Below are positions 18,838-29,584 of a stretch of 64,000 nt of DNA, one piece after another. A program made the position numbers and the translations under genes. This stretch comes from Thermoanaerobaculia bacterium (lineage in GTDB: Bacteria > Acidobacteriota > Thermoanaerobaculia > UBA5066 > Gp7-AA6). The stretch lies in assembly GCA_046716885.1 (NCBI GenBank), contig JBKJWL010000238.1, forward strand, positions 30,830-94,829, given 5' to 3'. Every line of letters starts with the position of its first letter. Within the stretch, counting starts at the first letter, position 1. A model generated the notes under the pieces. The model ran no database searches and had not been told where the DNA came from. It saw nothing but the letters and a program-made list of their open reading frames with translations.

Positions 18838-20454
18838 GTGAGCAGGACGCAGCAACGGGCCAGAACACAGGCCGGCGGGGCGCGTCGGGATCCGGAGAGA
18901 GGAAGCGCCGGGCGGAGGCCCCTCTGGATTGCCCTCTCGCTGGCGAGCGTGCTCGCGCTGCAGCTCTGGGCGTGCTGGGGCAAGCTCGGCCTTCCGTTTC
19001 TTGACACCCGTCTCCATTACAACTACGACAACGCAAATTTCACGTTCAAGGCTCGCTCCGGCAATCGCAACGGAGATCTTCGGTCGCAGCTGGGCGTGAC
19101 CATGAACGCCTACTCCCGATGGGGGGAGCGCACGGGCGAGCCGGCCTACTACACGGACCATCCTTTTCTCGTCAAAGCGCTCTTTCAGCAGTACACGAAA
19201 ATCGTGGGGACACAAGAGTGGGCATCGCGGTCCTTCTATCTCGTCGTGTCTTTCCTCATCGCCGCCGGGACGTACACAATCTTGCTGCAGACGACCGGCA
19301 GCTTGCTGGCCTCGTTGGCCGGCGCGACGACGCTCGTGAGCCTGCCCCTCTTCGCCGTCTACCAGACGTGCGTGAAGTTCGAGACGGACGGGATGCTGGT
19401 GAGCGTCTGGGTCTTCGTCTCCCTGACCGCCTACCTTCGACATGGAACCCGGCGGGCCCTCACGGGCTATGGGATTCTGACTGGCCTGGCCTTCCTGGTT
19501 CACTGGACAGCGGCGCTTTTCGTCTGCGTCATCGGCGCATACCTTCTGATGGCCTCCTGGCGCGGGAGAGATCCCGCGATGAAGCGAGCGCTCCGGGTCA
19601 CGGGCACGGCGGCCGTTCTCGGCATCGGCGCGCTTTTCGCGTGCATGAGTTACCTCCAACGGGGCTCGAGCGCCGCTTGGGGGGCTCTCGCCGGGTCATT
19701 CGCGCGGAGGTCAGCGTCGATCCCGGCCGAAACATGGTGGGAGAGGCAGTGGGTCTACTCCCAGAAGAACTTCAGCGAAGGCCTCCCGTGGCTCGTCCTC
19801 GGTTTGTCGCTGTTCCTCGCGGGCCGATGGTTGTGGTCGAGGTTCGCTCAACCGAAGGCCTCGACCGCGCCGCTCCAGGGGGCGCACCTTCTGGCTCTGT
19901 TCTTCGTCTCGACGCTGGCCGTCGCGTGCGTGTGGCAGCTCGCGTTTCCCCAGGGGAGCTTCGTTCACGTCTACTGGCAGTATTGGTTCTGCCTTCCCGT
20001 CGCCATCCTCGTCGCGGCTTTCCTTGCGTCCCTTCGGACCCACGCCTTTGCCCTCGCCGCCGGAAACCTGGCCTGCGCGGCTCTGGTCATGTACCTTCTC
20101 GCCGCTTCGCGGGCCTCCTATGCGGGAGTGTTCGGGGATCAAATCGGAACCAACGAGGACATCGCCTTCCTCAGCTCGCTTCGCGAGGATCGGTTCAACC
20201 GGCTGGTCTTCGTGCCTCTCGCCGACACGCCGCTCAACCAATGGTTCCAGGGGCCGCTCTTCGAGTACTACACCGACCGCCCGGTGGCGATCGCGGCTCG
20301 CCCAGGCGATCTTCATCTCGGGGAAAAGGCCCTGGTTCTGCGCTATCGACAACGCGACGACGTGGTTGCCGGGCTCGCCGCGTCGAGCCACAAGCGCCTT
20401 GCCAATGAGAAATGCGGACTTCGCCTTTGCGCCTACGACGTCCTCGAACCCTGA
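18838..20454 (+). CDS. Large polytopic membrane protein, possible GT-C-type glycosyltransferase (low confidence); the start is uncertain
   Basis: 538 aa with at least 10 TM segments and an N-terminal region carrying YYTDHPFL. The frame is supported by hydrophobicity periodicity. The antisense ORF 18694..19659 is Arg-rich junk. Confidence 0.4.
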   Translation: MSRTQQRARTQAGGARRDPERGSAGRRPLWIALSLASVLALQLWACWGKLGLPFLDTRLHYNYDNANFTFKARSGNRNGDLRSQLGVTMNAYSRWGERTGEPAYYTDHPFLVKALFQQYTKIVGTQEWASRSFYLVVSFLIAAGTYTILLQTTGSLLASLAGATTLVSLPLFAVYQTCVKFETDGMLVSVWVFVSLTAYLRHGTRRALTGYGILTGLAFLVHWTAALFVCVIGAYLLMASWRGRDPAMKRALRVTGTAAVLGIGALFACMSYLQRGSSAAWGALAGSFARRSASIPAETWWERQWVYSQKNFSEGLPWLVLGLSLFLAGRWLWSRFAQPKASTAPLQGAHLLALFFVSTLAVACVWQLAFPQGSFVHVYWQYWFCLPVAILVAAFLASLRTHAFALAAGNLACAALVMYLLAASRASYAGVFGDQIGTNEDIAFLSSLREDRFNRLVFVPLADTPLNQWFQGPLFEYYTDRPVAIAARPGDLHLGEKALVLRYRQRDDVVAGLAASSHKRLANEKCGLRLCAYDVLEP

Positions 20455-21905
20455 CCGGCGACCGGACCGGCGCGGCCCTTGTCACGACGGCGACCGTGAT
20501 GGTTGCGGGCGCGATCCTCGCGGCTCAGCTCCTCGTGCCGCCGATCGTGGGCCTTCCAAACAACGGTCAGTTCGAGAGGGTGATGGGGTACGCAGGGGTC
20601 CAGTACCTCAGCGACGCTCCCGAGGACAAGTACTTCACGCACATCGTGCGCGAATTCCGGATCGTGCCGACCTGGCTCCGCAGCGGCTACCTCTCCTCGG
20701 AAACGGCTCTCGCGCGCCTGGCACGCAACCTCGCCGCGCCGTTCGCGAAGGACCGGCTCTTCGACCTCCGCGTGCTCGGGGCGATGCACGCTCTGCTCTT
20801 GCTGACGGCGCTCGCGGCTCTGGTCTGGGTGTGCGGTGTTCTGACCCCGGTCGCCCAGCTCGTCGCCGCCGCCTCCCTCACCTTATTCTTCACCGACGTC
20901 GGCTACGTGGCCGCCCTCAACTCCTTCTTCAGCCAGACCGCGGGGTTCCTCTTCTTGATGCTCACCGTCGCGATCGCCGCTCTGGCGATTCGCCGCGGCC
21001 GGCTCAACGGAATGCTCCTGCTCGCGTATTTTCTCTGCGCGACTGCCTTCGTCGGGTCGAAGCCCCAGGAGAGCATCCAGGGACTCCTCCTCGCGCTCTT
21101 CGCCCTGCGCCTGGCGGGCGCGCGGCGGCGGGGCTGGTGGCGGCAGCCGGTCGTGTGCCTGGCGTTTCTGCTCTGCCTCTTCTCGGTCTGGTACTACCGC
21201 CGCACGGACCCCGTGATCCGTAGGGCGGCCCTGTACCAGACGGTCTTTGCCGAGATGCTCCCCGGCTCTCCCGATCCGGCGCGCGACCTCGAGACCCTCG
21301 GGCTGGATCCGGATCTGACGCGATACTCCGGAAAGAGCGCCCACGAGATGCGCGCCACGATCCACGGGCCCGTGTTCCAGAAGGAGTTCTTCGATCGCGT
21401 CGGGTTCGGCGACATTGTCGCTTTCTACGCCGCGAGGCCGGGGCGCCTGCTCGACCGGCTCTCGCGCGCTGCGCATCACGGAGGCCTCCGGCTGCGCCCC
21501 CGCCTGCGCGGCAACTTCGAGAGAACGGCGCCCGGCTATCGGCCCTATCTCATGACCGAGAGGTTCGCCGCCTGGAGCGATCTGCGCTTGCGGCTGGCGC
21601 CGGTCGCCCCGGCCTGGCTGATTCTGCTCCTCGGGGGAAGCCTCGCGGTCTCCGCGGCCGGATGGCGCCGCTCTTCCGGGCGCGGCCGGCTCCTGCGCGA
21701 GGCCATGATGTGCCTCGTTTTCCTCGCGGTCGTGGAGTTCCTCGTCTGCGCCTTCGCCGACCGGCTCGCCGACGTTGCGCGACACCTCTTCGTTTTTCAC
21801 GCCCTCTGCGACCTGATCCTGGCCGCGAACCTGACGTGGTGCGCGCAGCGGGCGACTGCATCCCGGCGAGCACCGCCCGTGAGAGAACCCCGCTCTCCCT
21901 GCTAG
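20412..21905 (+). CDS. Hypothetical polytopic membrane protein; the start is uncertain (possibly an internal ATG/GTG near 20499)
   Basis: 497 aa with multiple TM segments (MVAGAILAAQLLVPPIV..., ALLLLTALAALVWVCGVL...). It lies in tandem with the preceding membrane protein. Confidence 0.4.
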   Translation: MRTSPLRLRRPRTLTGDRTGAALVTTATVMVAGAILAAQLLVPPIVGLPNNGQFERVMGYAGVQYLSDAPEDKYFTHIVREFRIVPTWLRSGYLSSETALARLARNLAAPFAKDRLFDLRVLGAMHALLLLTALAALVWVCGVLTPVAQLVAAASLTLFFTDVGYVAALNSFFSQTAGFLFLMLTVAIAALAIRRGRLNGMLLLAYFLCATAFVGSKPQESIQGLLLALFALRLAGARRRGWWRQPVVCLAFLLCLFSVWYYRRTDPVIRRAALYQTVFAEMLPGSPDPARDLETLGLDPDLTRYSGKSAHEMRATIHGPVFQKEFFDRVGFGDIVAFYAARPGRLLDRLSRAAHHGGLRLRPRLRGNFERTAPGYRPYLMTERFAAWSDLRLRLAPVAPAWLILLLGGSLAVSAAGWRRSSGRGRLLREAMMCLVFLAVVEFLVCAFADRLADVARHLFVFHALCDLILAANLTWCAQRATASRRAPPVREPRSPC

Positions 21906-21916
21906 GCTAGCGGCCC

Positions 21917-23335
21917 ATGCCGCGCACCAAGATCGTCTGCACGATCGGGCCCGCCTCGCGCTCTCCGGAGACGCTGGCGCGGCTCGTCGATGCGGGCATG
22001 GACGTCGCGCGGCTGAACTTCTCGCACGGCAACCATGCCGAGCACGCCGCGGTGATCCAGGCGCTGCGGGCGATCGCGGGGCGCGCGGAGCGCCCGATCG
22101 CCATCCTGCAGGATCTCTCCGGAATCAAGATCCGCATCGGCGCGATCGCGGACGGCACGGTCCGCCTGGAACCGGGCTCCGTGTTCACCCTGACGACCCG
22201 GGACGTGCCCGGCGACGCGAACGAAGTCTCCGTCGGCTTCCCCGACCTGCCCCGGTGCGTGAAGCCCGGCGACCGCCTGCTTCTCGCCGACGGCGACCTC
22301 GAGCTCCGCGCCGAGTCCGGCACGGCGCAGGACGTACGCTGCCGCGTCGTCACCGGCGGTCCGCTCTCCTCCCACAAGGGGATCAGCCTCCCCTCGGGGT
22401 CGATCCCCGCGCGGGGCCTCACCGCCAAAGACCGCGAGGACCTCGCCTTCGGCCTCGCGCAGGGCGTGGACTACGTCGCCCTCTCCTTCGTGCGGTCGGC
22501 CGACGACGTGCGCGAGGCCCGGGCGCTCGCCGCGGCGCAGGGGGCGTCGGTGCCCCTCATCGCGAAGATCGAGAAGCACGAGGCTCTCGCGCTGCTCGAC
22601 GAGATCCTGGCGGAGTCCGACGGTCTGATGGTGGCGCGCGGGGACCTGGGCGTCGAGACGCCTCTCGAGCACGTTCCGCTGCTGCAGAAGCTGATGATCG
22701 AGAAGGCCAATCGCGCCGGAAAGCCGGTGATCACCGCCACACAGATGCTCCTCTCGATGGTGGAAAATCCCCGCCCCACCCGCGCCGAGGTCGCCGACGT
22801 CGCCAATGCGATCCTCGACGGGACCGACGCTCTGATGCTGTCGGAGGAGACGGCCGCCGGCCGCTACCCTGTCGAGGCCGTCGCGACGATGCGGCGCATC
22901 GCCGAGGACACGGAGGCGGCGTTTCCCTTCGAGCGCTGGATGCGGCGCTTCGAGGACACGGCCCTGCAGAGCCTGCCCGAGGCCGTCGCGGGCGCGGCCT
23001 GCGAGCTGGCTGAGCACGTCGGCGCCGCTGTGATCGTTGCGTGGACGGAATCGGGCGCCACCGCGCGGCTGGTCGCCAGGCACCGTCCTCGCCGTCCGAT
23101 TCTGGCGCTGTCGACGCGCCCAGAGAGCGCCCGCCGGCTCGCCCTCGTCTGGGGCGTCATTCCGCTCGTCGCCGACGGCGGCACGGACACGGACGCGATG
23201 CTCGAGAAGGCGTCCGCGCTGGCGCTCCGGCACGGCCTGCTCCAACCCGGCCAGATCGCCGTGATCACCGCCGGGATCCCGATGGGGGTCTCCGGCAGCA
23301 CCAACCTGATCAAGGCCGCGGTGGCCCGCCCGTGA
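21917..23335 (+). CDS. pyk: Pyruvate kinase
   Basis: MPRTKIVCTIGPASRSPETLARLVDAGMDVARLNFSHG..., with MVARGDLGVE and a C-terminal regulatory domain. It matches pyruvate kinases along its full length. Confidence 0.95.
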   Translation: MPRTKIVCTIGPASRSPETLARLVDAGMDVARLNFSHGNHAEHAAVIQALRAIAGRAERPIAILQDLSGIKIRIGAIADGTVRLEPGSVFTLTTRDVPGDANEVSVGFPDLPRCVKPGDRLLLADGDLELRAESGTAQDVRCRVVTGGPLSSHKGISLPSGSIPARGLTAKDREDLAFGLAQGVDYVALSFVRSADDVREARALAAAQGASVPLIAKIEKHEALALLDEILAESDGLMVARGDLGVETPLEHVPLLQKLMIEKANRAGKPVITATQMLLSMVENPRPTRAEVADVANAILDGTDALMLSEETAAGRYPVEAVATMRRIAEDTEAAFPFERWMRRFEDTALQSLPEAVAGAACELAEHVGAAVIVAWTESGATARLVARHRPRRPILALSTRPESARRLALVWGVIPLVADGGTDTDAMLEKASALALRHGLLQPGQIAVITAGIPMGVSGSTNLIKAAVARP

Positions 23336-23664
23336 CCGCGAAGCATCCCCCGACGCCGATCCACAAGCGCCGGACGCGCAACTTCGTCCTCGGCCTCGTC
23401 TTTCTGATTCTCGGGATCGTCGGCCTGATCGTGCCGGTCATGCCGCAGTTCATCTTCTTCTTCTTGAGCGCCCTGTTCTTCTCGCTGGTCTCTCCGCGCC
23501 TGCGCCGCGCAATGCGCCGGTTCCGGCAGCGCCACCCGTCGCTCGATTCGGCGTACAAGAAGTGGCGCGAGAAAGCCCGGCGCCGCCGCCAGCGGCACAT
23601 TCGAAAAAAACGCGAACGCGAAGAGAAGCACGGTCCGCGCGGTTTCGCCGGCGGGCGCCGGTAG
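23332..23664 (+). CDS. DUF454/YbaN-like small inner-membrane protein
   Basis: LGLVFLILGIVGLIVPVMPQFIFFFLSALFFSLVSPRLRRAMRRF matches the YbaN pattern (LPxxP..FxLLAAxxFxxSSPR). The probable GTG start overlaps the pyk stop. Confidence 0.55.
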   Translation: MTAKHPPTPIHKRRTRNFVLGLVFLILGIVGLIVPVMPQFIFFFLSALFFSLVSPRLRRAMRRFRQRHPSLDSAYKKWREKARRRRQRHIRKKREREEKHGPRGFAGGRR

Positions 23665-23761
23665 CCGCGCCACTGCTGCGTCAGCTCGCGGCGCGAGAAG
23701 TCTCCCGACCGAAGGGAGGGAGGAGGCTCGCGCCGCGGGAGCGAGCGAAACGAGGTGGCCA

Positions 23762-23798
23762 GCCTTGCGGTCGAGCCCCTTTGGGCGAGCCGCAAGGC
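23762..23798. terminator. Hairpin in the convergent gap between ybaN-like (+) and ftsZ (-); candidate bidirectional terminator
   Basis: ccttgcggtcgagccc-ctttg-ggcgagccgcaagg forms a ~14 bp imperfect GC-rich stem. There is no U-tract. Confidence 0.3.
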
Positions 23799-23841
23799 GG
23801 CGCCCCGGAGGCGGGGGCCTCCGAGCGCGCGCGAGCGACGG

Positions 23842-25008
23842 TTAGTCCATCTGCCGCCGCAGGACCGTCGGAATGTCGAAGTCGTCCCGCGACGAGGCGT
23901 TGGGCCCGAAGCCGCCCGAGTCGTCGCCCCGCAGGAAGGGCGGGCGCAGGGTCTTGCTGCCGACGGTCACCGGCTTGGGCTCCTCCTGGGCGTCGATCTC
24001 GGCCAGGTCCCGCTCGAGGCGATCGAAGCCCGTCGCGATCACCGTGACCTTCACGGTGCCCGCCATCTTCTCGTCGTGGACGCAGCCGAAGAGGATCTCG
24101 GCTTCGGGATCGGCGGCCTGCTGGATGATCTGCGCGGCCTCGGTGACCTCGAAGAGGGTCAGATCGTGGCCGCCCGTGATGTTGATGAGCACGCCCCGCG
24201 CGCCCTCGATCGAGGCGTCCTCGAGGAGGGGCGACGAGATCGCCGCCTGGGCCGCGTGGATCGCGCGGTTCTCGCCTTCGGCCGTCGCGGTGCCCATCAG
24301 GGCGCGGCCCATGTCCGACATGATCTTGCGGACGTCGGCGAAGTCGAGGTTGATCTCGCCCGGGCAGTTGATGAGGTCCGAGATGCCCTGGATCGCCTGC
24401 CGGAGGACGTCGTCGGCGATCTTGAAGGACTCCTGGAGGGGGGTGTTGCGCTCGACAAAGGCGAGCAGGCGCTGGTTGGGGATGGTGATCAGCGTGTCCA
24501 CGTGGTCGCGTAGCTCCCGCGAGGCCCTCTCGGCCTGACGCATCCGCTTCTTTCCCTCGAATTCGAAAGGCTTGGTCACGACCGCGACGGCCAGGGCTCC
24601 CGCCTCGGCCGCGAGCTTGGCGATAATGGGGCCCGCGCCCGAGCCGGTCCCGCCCCCCAGGCCCATGGCCAGGAACACCATGTCGGCGCCCGCCACCGCG
24701 TGCGCCAGCTTTTCCTGATCCTCGAGGGCGGCGTTGCGCCCGACGTCGGGATCGGCGCCCGCGCCCAGTCCCTTGGTCAGTCGCCCGCCGATCTGCAGCT
24801 TGTTCGGCGCCGCGCACTTGCGCAGGGCCTGGAGGTCCGTGTTGCACGCGAAGTACTCGACGCCCTTCACGCCGGCCGAGATCATCCGGTTGACCGCGTT
24901 TGATCCTCCGCCGCCAACACCGATCACGCGGATCGTGGCCGGAGACGCATCGCCCCCGTCCAGCTCGATCGAGAGCTTGTGGCTGTCGTCATCCAGGAAC
25001 TCGATCAT
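23842..25008 (-). CDS. ftsZ: Cell division GTPase FtsZ
   Basis: It has the tubulin signature GGGTGSGA and NTDLQAL, and a C-terminal [12 protein letters not shown] peptide. The start is the ATG at 25008, preceded by GGAGGGAAGG. The ORF-track N-terminal extension is rejected. Confidence 0.95.
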   Translation of the reverse strand: MIEFLDDDSHKLSIELDGGDASPATIRVIGVGGGGSNAVNRMISAGVKGVEYFACNTDLQALRKCAAPNKLQIGGRLTKGLGAGADPDVGRNAALEDQEKLAHAVAGADMVFLAMGLGGGTGSGAGPIIAKLAAEAGALAVAVVTKPFEFEGKKRMRQAERASRELRDHVDTLITIPNQRLLAFVERNTPLQESFKIADDVLRQAIQGISDLINCPGEINLDFADVRKIMSDMGRALMGTATAEGENRAIHAAQAAISSPLLEDASIEGARGVLINITGGHDLTLFEVTEAAQIIQQAADPEAEILFGCVHDEKMAGTVKVTVIATGFDRLERDLAEIDAQEEPKPVTVGSKTLRPPFLRGDDSGGFGPNASSRDDFDIPTVLRRQMD

Positions 25009-25049
25009 GGGACCTTCCCTCCCTCGCCGTCCGCGTTTTTTCGAAACCA

Positions 25050-26273
25050 TCAAAAGAAATCCCGGATGAAGCGCGATACGGAGTTGGCCGCCTGAAAGAA
25101 CGCCTTGGAGCGGCGCCGCGCCGGCTTGTAGCGGTGACCGTACAACAGAAGGCCGGTGGCCGTGGCCCATTCGGGGCGCGAGACCACGTCGACGAGCCCC
25201 CCGACACCCGCCGGGATCCCGCGGCGCACGGGCCCATCGAAGATGCTCTCGGCGATCTCGATCATGCCCTCGAGCTCCGAGCCGCCGCCGGTCAGCACGA
25301 CGCCCGAGCGGACCTCCTTGTCGAGGCCCAGTCGCGTGATGTCCTCGTGAATCAAGCCGAGCAGCTCCTCGGCCCGGGGCTGGAGGATGTCGGACAGCGT
25401 GGTCCGCGGGCACAGCTTCGGCGCCCGGCCGCCCACCATCGGCACTTCCACCATCTCGTCCTCGGAGACCGCGTTGCGCAGCGCGCAGCCGTACTTCTTC
25501 TTCAGCCGCTCGGCGTCGGTGATCGGCGCCCGCAAGACGACGGCCAGGTCGTTGGTGAAGTGGTCGCCGCCGATCGGGATGACCGCCGTGTGGATGATCG
25601 TCCCCCTCTGGTAGACGGCCACCTCGGTCGTGCCGCCGCCGATGTCGACCAGGCAGATTCCGAGCTCCTTTTCGTCGGGCGTGAGCACGGCCTCGGCGGC
25701 GGCGAACTGCTCGAGGACGAGCTGGACGACCTCGATGCCCGCCTTGTTCATGCAGGTCACGATGTTCTGGGTGACGGCGACCGGCGCCGTGACGACGTGG
25801 ACGTCCACCTCGAGGCGGCTGCCGATCATGCCAACCGGGTCGGCTACGCCATCCTGCCCGTCGACCGCGAAATCCCGCGGCAGCACGTGGACGACCTCGT
25901 GGTCCTGGGGGATCTGCACGCCCCGGGCGGCGTCAATGACGCGGGTCACGTCCTCCCTGGAGATCTCTCGGTCCTTTCCGGAGACCGCGACCACTCCCCG
26001 GCTGTTGAAGGAGCGCATGTGAGAGCCCGAGATGCCCACCCAGGCGCGGGAAATCTGGACCCCGGCCATGATTTCCGCTTCCTCGGCGGCACGCTTGATG
26101 GCTTCGATCGTGGCGTCCACGTTGATGATGTTGCCCTTGCGGGTGCCCCGATTGGCGCACGCGCCCTTCCCGATCACGTCGAGGGCCCCGCCGGCGTTCT
26201 GTTCGCCGATGAGGACGCAGATCTTGGAGGTTCCGATGTCGCAGGCGACGAGAAAGGACTCGGGCTTCGGCAT
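25050..26273 (-). CDS. ftsA: Cell division protein FtsA
   Basis: Actin-like ATPase with [16 protein letters not shown] and [12 protein letters not shown] motifs. The ATG is at 26273. Confidence 0.93.
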   Translation of the reverse strand: MPKPESFLVACDIGTSKICVLIGEQNAGGALDVIGKGACANRGTRKGNIINVDATIEAIKRAAEEAEIMAGVQISRAWVGISGSHMRSFNSRGVVAVSGKDREISREDVTRVIDAARGVQIPQDHEVVHVLPRDFAVDGQDGVADPVGMIGSRLEVDVHVVTAPVAVTQNIVTCMNKAGIEVVQLVLEQFAAAEAVLTPDEKELGICLVDIGGGTTEVAVYQRGTIIHTAVIPIGGDHFTNDLAVVLRAPITDAERLKKKYGCALRNAVSEDEMVEVPMVGGRAPKLCPRTTLSDILQPRAEELLGLIHEDITRLGLDKEVRSGVVLTGGGSELEGMIEIAESIFDGPVRRGIPAGVGGLVDVVSRPEWATATGLLLYGHRYKPARRRSKAFFQAANSVSRFIRDFF

Positions 26274-26325
26274 CAGCGGATCCCCGGTCGGGTGTCGGGA
26301 GTGGGGAGTCGGAAGGGGGGGCGCA

Positions 26326-27099
26326 TCAGAGACGATTCCCCGCGCCGTAGGCGCCAACGAGAATCACACGATCGGCAAAACGGAGATCGATGGCCTGAGC
26401 CTCCCATCCGCGACTCTCAATGAATCCCCGCGCCGCGAGCAGCGCGCGAATCTTGTCCGGGGCGTCTGACCGAAGAACGCGAACCGGCTTTCGAAAGATC
26501 GCATCCATCATACCGAATCCACCGTCGGGGAGCGAGGCGATTTCCGAAAGCGCGGAGAAATACTCCGGCCTCGCGGCGTGCAGGTCCCCGAGCAGACCCA
26601 CCGCTTCAGCAAGCGCGCGCCGCTCGCCGGTCAGGATCACGTACTCGGTGCGGTCAGCCCGCGGATCATACGGTGCGATGAGATTGCCGTCCGCTCCGAC
26701 CCACCAGAACTTCTGGCCGTCCCGATAGAGGGCAAGGGCCTTTCGCTCCGTCACGCGGACCGCGAGGCCGTCGGGAAATCGCTTCGTGAGCGTGACGCGA
26801 TCGACCCAGGCGCGCGAGGCGAGCCGGGTCGCCAGCGGCGCGAGGTCGAGGCCCACGACGTTCTTCCCTCTCCACTCCTCGAGCGCGTCGAGGATCTCCT
26901 CGGTGCGCGTGCGCGCGTTTCCCAAAATCTCGAACCGCCGCAGGGAAAAGTGCGGGCCGGACAGGAACCGGAAAAGGGCGAACGTCAGAGCCAGGCCGAG
27001 GGCCGCGAGGACGACCAGGCGCCGAGCGCCCCCCTTCCTCCTCTTCTTCGCGACCCCGCCGCCCCGGCGCAGAAAGGGGGCGTCTCTATCCGCGGCCAT
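26326..27099 (-). CDS. ftsQ: Cell division protein FtsQ (POTRA domain)
   Basis: It has an N-terminal TM (LVVLAALGLALTFALF) and POTRA/FtsQ domains. It sits between murC and ftsA. Confidence 0.85.
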   Translation of the reverse strand: MAADRDAPFLRRGGGVAKKRRKGGARRLVVLAALGLALTFALFRFLSGPHFSLRRFEILGNARTRTEEILDALEEWRGKNVVGLDLAPLATRLASRAWVDRVTLTKRFPDGLAVRVTERKALALYRDGQKFWWVGADGNLIAPYDPRADRTEYVILTGERRALAEAVGLLGDLHAARPEYFSALSEIASLPDGGFGMMDAIFRKPVRVLRSDAPDKIRALLAARGFIESRGWEAQAIDLRFADRVILVGAYGAGNRL

Positions 27100-28468
27100 G
27101 TTTGAGGTACTCCTCGCCGAACTTGACGACGTCGCCTGCCCCGAGAGTCAGAAGCAGGTCTCCCGGGCGAAGAGTTTGCTCCAGGCAATCGACAACTCTT
27201 TTCTTATCATGGGTATAGATCACAGCCCGGTGACCCGCCCGACGAGTCGCTTCGGCCACCAGCTCGCCGGTCACGCCCGGGAGGGGCGTCTCCCGCGAAG
27301 GATAGACGTCCATCACGATGTTGACGTCAGCGGCCGCGAGCGCCCGGCCGAAGTCCTCGGCGAAGTCCCGGGTGCGCGAAAAGAGGTGGGGCTGGAAGAG
27401 AGCCACGAGGCGCCGGTCCGGGTAGACCTGCCGCGCCGCGGCGAGGGTGGCCTTGAGCTCCGTGGGGTGGTGCGCGTAGTCGTCCACGACGAGCACGCCG
27501 TCTCGCTCCCCCTTCAGCTCGAAGCGGCGGACCACGCCGGTGAAGGAGGCGAGGGCGCGCGCGATCGTCTCGAACGGAATCAGCAGCTCGCGTCCGACGG
27601 CGATCGCCGCCAGCGCGTTGGCAACGTTGTGTCGGCCCGGCAGGCGCAGGCGGACGGCGCCGAGCCTCCCCGCGGCTGCCTCCCAGACCTCGAAGCTCGT
27701 CACCGTCGCCTCGAGCCGGACGCTTCGCGCCGACAGCTCCGCCGTGGGCGACTCGCCGTAGGTCACGACCCGCCGTTTGATTCGCGGGATCAAGCTCGCC
27801 GCGCCGGGATCGTCCGCGCAAACGACGACCGAACCGAAGAAGGGGACGCGATTGGCGAACGTCGCGAAGGCGTCGAGGATGTCTGGCAGGTCGCGGTACG
27901 TGTCGAGATGGTCGGCCTCGACGTTGGTGATCACGGCCACCACGGGCGTGAGCTCCAGGAACGACCGGTCGTACTCGTCGGCCTCGGCGACGAGGTACTC
28001 GCCCTTGCCCAGGCGGGCATTGGTCCCGAGGATATGCACCTGGCCCCCGACCACGATCGTGGGATCGAAACCGGCCTCGGTTAGCACGAGCCCCGTCAGG
28101 GACGTCGTCGTGGTCTTTCCGTGGGTTCCCGCGACGGCCACGCCCTGCTTCAGGCGCATGATCTCGCCGAGCATCTCGGCGCGCCGGATGACGGGGATGC
28201 CCCGCGCGCGCGCGGCCTCGACCTCGGCGTTCGAGTCCTTGACCGCCGACGAGATGACCAGAAGGTCCGCGGCCTCGACGTGCGCGGGGTCGTGCCCCAC
28301 CGCGATCTTCGCGCCGAGCCGCTCGAGGCGCTGGGTGATCTCCGAGCGCGCGAGGTCGCAACCCGAGATCTCGAGGGGGGTCGCCAGCAGAAGGAGCTCG
28401 GCGATGCCGCTCATTCCCACGCCGCCGGCCCCCACGAAATGGAGGCGGCGCAGGCGCAGAAACCTCAT
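27086..28468 (-). CDS. murC: UDP-N-acetylmuramate--L-alanine ligase MurC
   Basis: HFVGAGGVGMSGIAELL, GTHGKTTTT and the Mur ligase middle and C-terminal domains are present. The ATG at 28468 is chosen over the ORF-track extension. Confidence 0.93.
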   Translation of the reverse strand: MRFLRLRRLHFVGAGGVGMSGIAELLLLATPLEISGCDLARSEITQRLERLGAKIAVGHDPAHVEAADLLVISSAVKDSNAEVEAARARGIPVIRRAEMLGEIMRLKQGVAVAGTHGKTTTTSLTGLVLTEAGFDPTIVVGGQVHILGTNARLGKGEYLVAEADEYDRSFLELTPVVAVITNVEADHLDTYRDLPDILDAFATFANRVPFFGSVVVCADDPGAASLIPRIKRRVVTYGESPTAELSARSVRLEATVTSFEVWEAAAGRLGAVRLRLPGRHNVANALAAIAVGRELLIPFETIARALASFTGVVRRFELKGERDGVLVVDDYAHHPTELKATLAAARQVYPDRRLVALFQPHLFSRTRDFAEDFGRALAAADVNIVMDVYPSRETPLPGVTGELVAEATRRAGHRAVIYTHDKKRVVDCLEQTLRPGDLLLTLGAGDVVKFGEEYLKHGRG

Positions 28469-29547
28469 CGGGTCCTCGCGGCCTCGAACACCAGCCGCGC
28501 GAGCTCTTTGGCGGCATCCGGTTTCGCGAGGGACTTCGCCTTGAGACCCATCGCCACGAGCCGATCGCGCGTCTCGAAGAGCTCGACGAGGGTGCCGGCG
28601 AGGTTCTCCGCCGAGAGCGCGGCCTCCGCGATGGCCACGGCCGCCTTGGCCTTCGCGAGCGCGCGCGCGTTGGCGACCTGGTGGCCCCCCGCCGCCGCTC
28701 CAAAGGGCACCAGGATCGACGGACGGCCCGCCGCGCACAACTCGGCGACCGTCATGGCGCCGGCGCGGCAGAGCACCAGGTCCGCCCAGGCCATCTCCTC
28801 GTGCAACTTCGGCAAGAAGCCGACGAGCCTCCAGTTCGCGGGCATCCGCGGGTACCGCTGGCGTGTCGCCACGAGGTCCTTGTCGCCCGTCTGGTGGATC
28901 ACTTCGAGGTTCGACTTCTCCAGGAGCACCGCGGCACGGGCCATGCCGCGGTTGATGATGCGCGATCCCTGGCTGCCCCCGAAGACCAGGAGCCGCCGGG
29001 TCGTGCTTGCCGCCTCGAGCGCCGGGATCTCGAAGAACTCGCGGCGCACCGGCGTGCCGGTGACGACCCCCGGCTTCTGGAGCCGGGAGTTCACCGCCGC
29101 CATGCCCACGGCTGTGCGCGTCGCGAAGCGGTTGAGCAACCGGTTGGACAGGCCCGGAAGCGCGTTGGGCTCGTGAATCACCGTAGGAATCCCGAGGGAC
29201 CGGGCGGCGGTCAGAACCGGAACCGCCACGTAACCGCCCACCCCGACGACCACGCGCGCCCGAAGTTTCTTCAGGATCGCGCGCGCCTCCAGAAATCCCT
29301 TCGGCAGGCGCGCGAGCGTGCCGAGCTGCCGGGTCCAGGTTTTCCCCACGAAGCCCGAAGCGTCGACGAGCTCGAGCGGGTAGCCCGCGGCGGGCACGAT
29401 CTGCCCCTCGAGCCCCTGCGCCGTTCCGACGAACACGATCGAGGCGTTGGGCTTCTGGGCGCGAATCTCGTTGGCCAGGGCGATCCCGGGAATGATGTGG
29501 CCGCCCGTGCCCCCCGCGGCAATGACGTAGGCGCCGAGGTCGCTCAT
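28465..29547 (-). CDS. murG: Undecaprenyl-PP-MurNAc-pentapeptide GlcNAc transferase MurG
   Basis: AAGGTGGHIIPGIALA is a GT28 signature, and the match runs the full length. The start overlaps the murC stop (ATGA). Confidence 0.93.
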   Translation of the reverse strand: MSDLGAYVIAAGGTGGHIIPGIALANEIRAQKPNASIVFVGTAQGLEGQIVPAAGYPLELVDASGFVGKTWTRQLGTLARLPKGFLEARAILKKLRARVVVGVGGYVAVPVLTAARSLGIPTVIHEPNALPGLSNRLLNRFATRTAVGMAAVNSRLQKPGVVTGTPVRREFFEIPALEAASTTRRLLVFGGSQGSRIINRGMARAAVLLEKSNLEVIHQTGDKDLVATRQRYPRMPANWRLVGFLPKLHEEMAWADLVLCRAGAMTVAELCAAGRPSILVPFGAAAGGHQVANARALAKAKAAVAIAEAALSAENLAGTLVELFETRDRLVAMGLKAKSLAKPDAAKELARLVFEAARTR

Positions 29548-29584
29548 GACAGTTCGGATTTCGGAGCTCGGATCTCGGAATTGA

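Noticed and set aside
18694-19659. 321 aa minus-strand ORF overlapping the start of membrane-protein gene 18838..20454
   Set aside because: It is an Arg/Glu/Gly-rich antisense-type translation. The plus-strand frame gives a coherent polytopic membrane protein.
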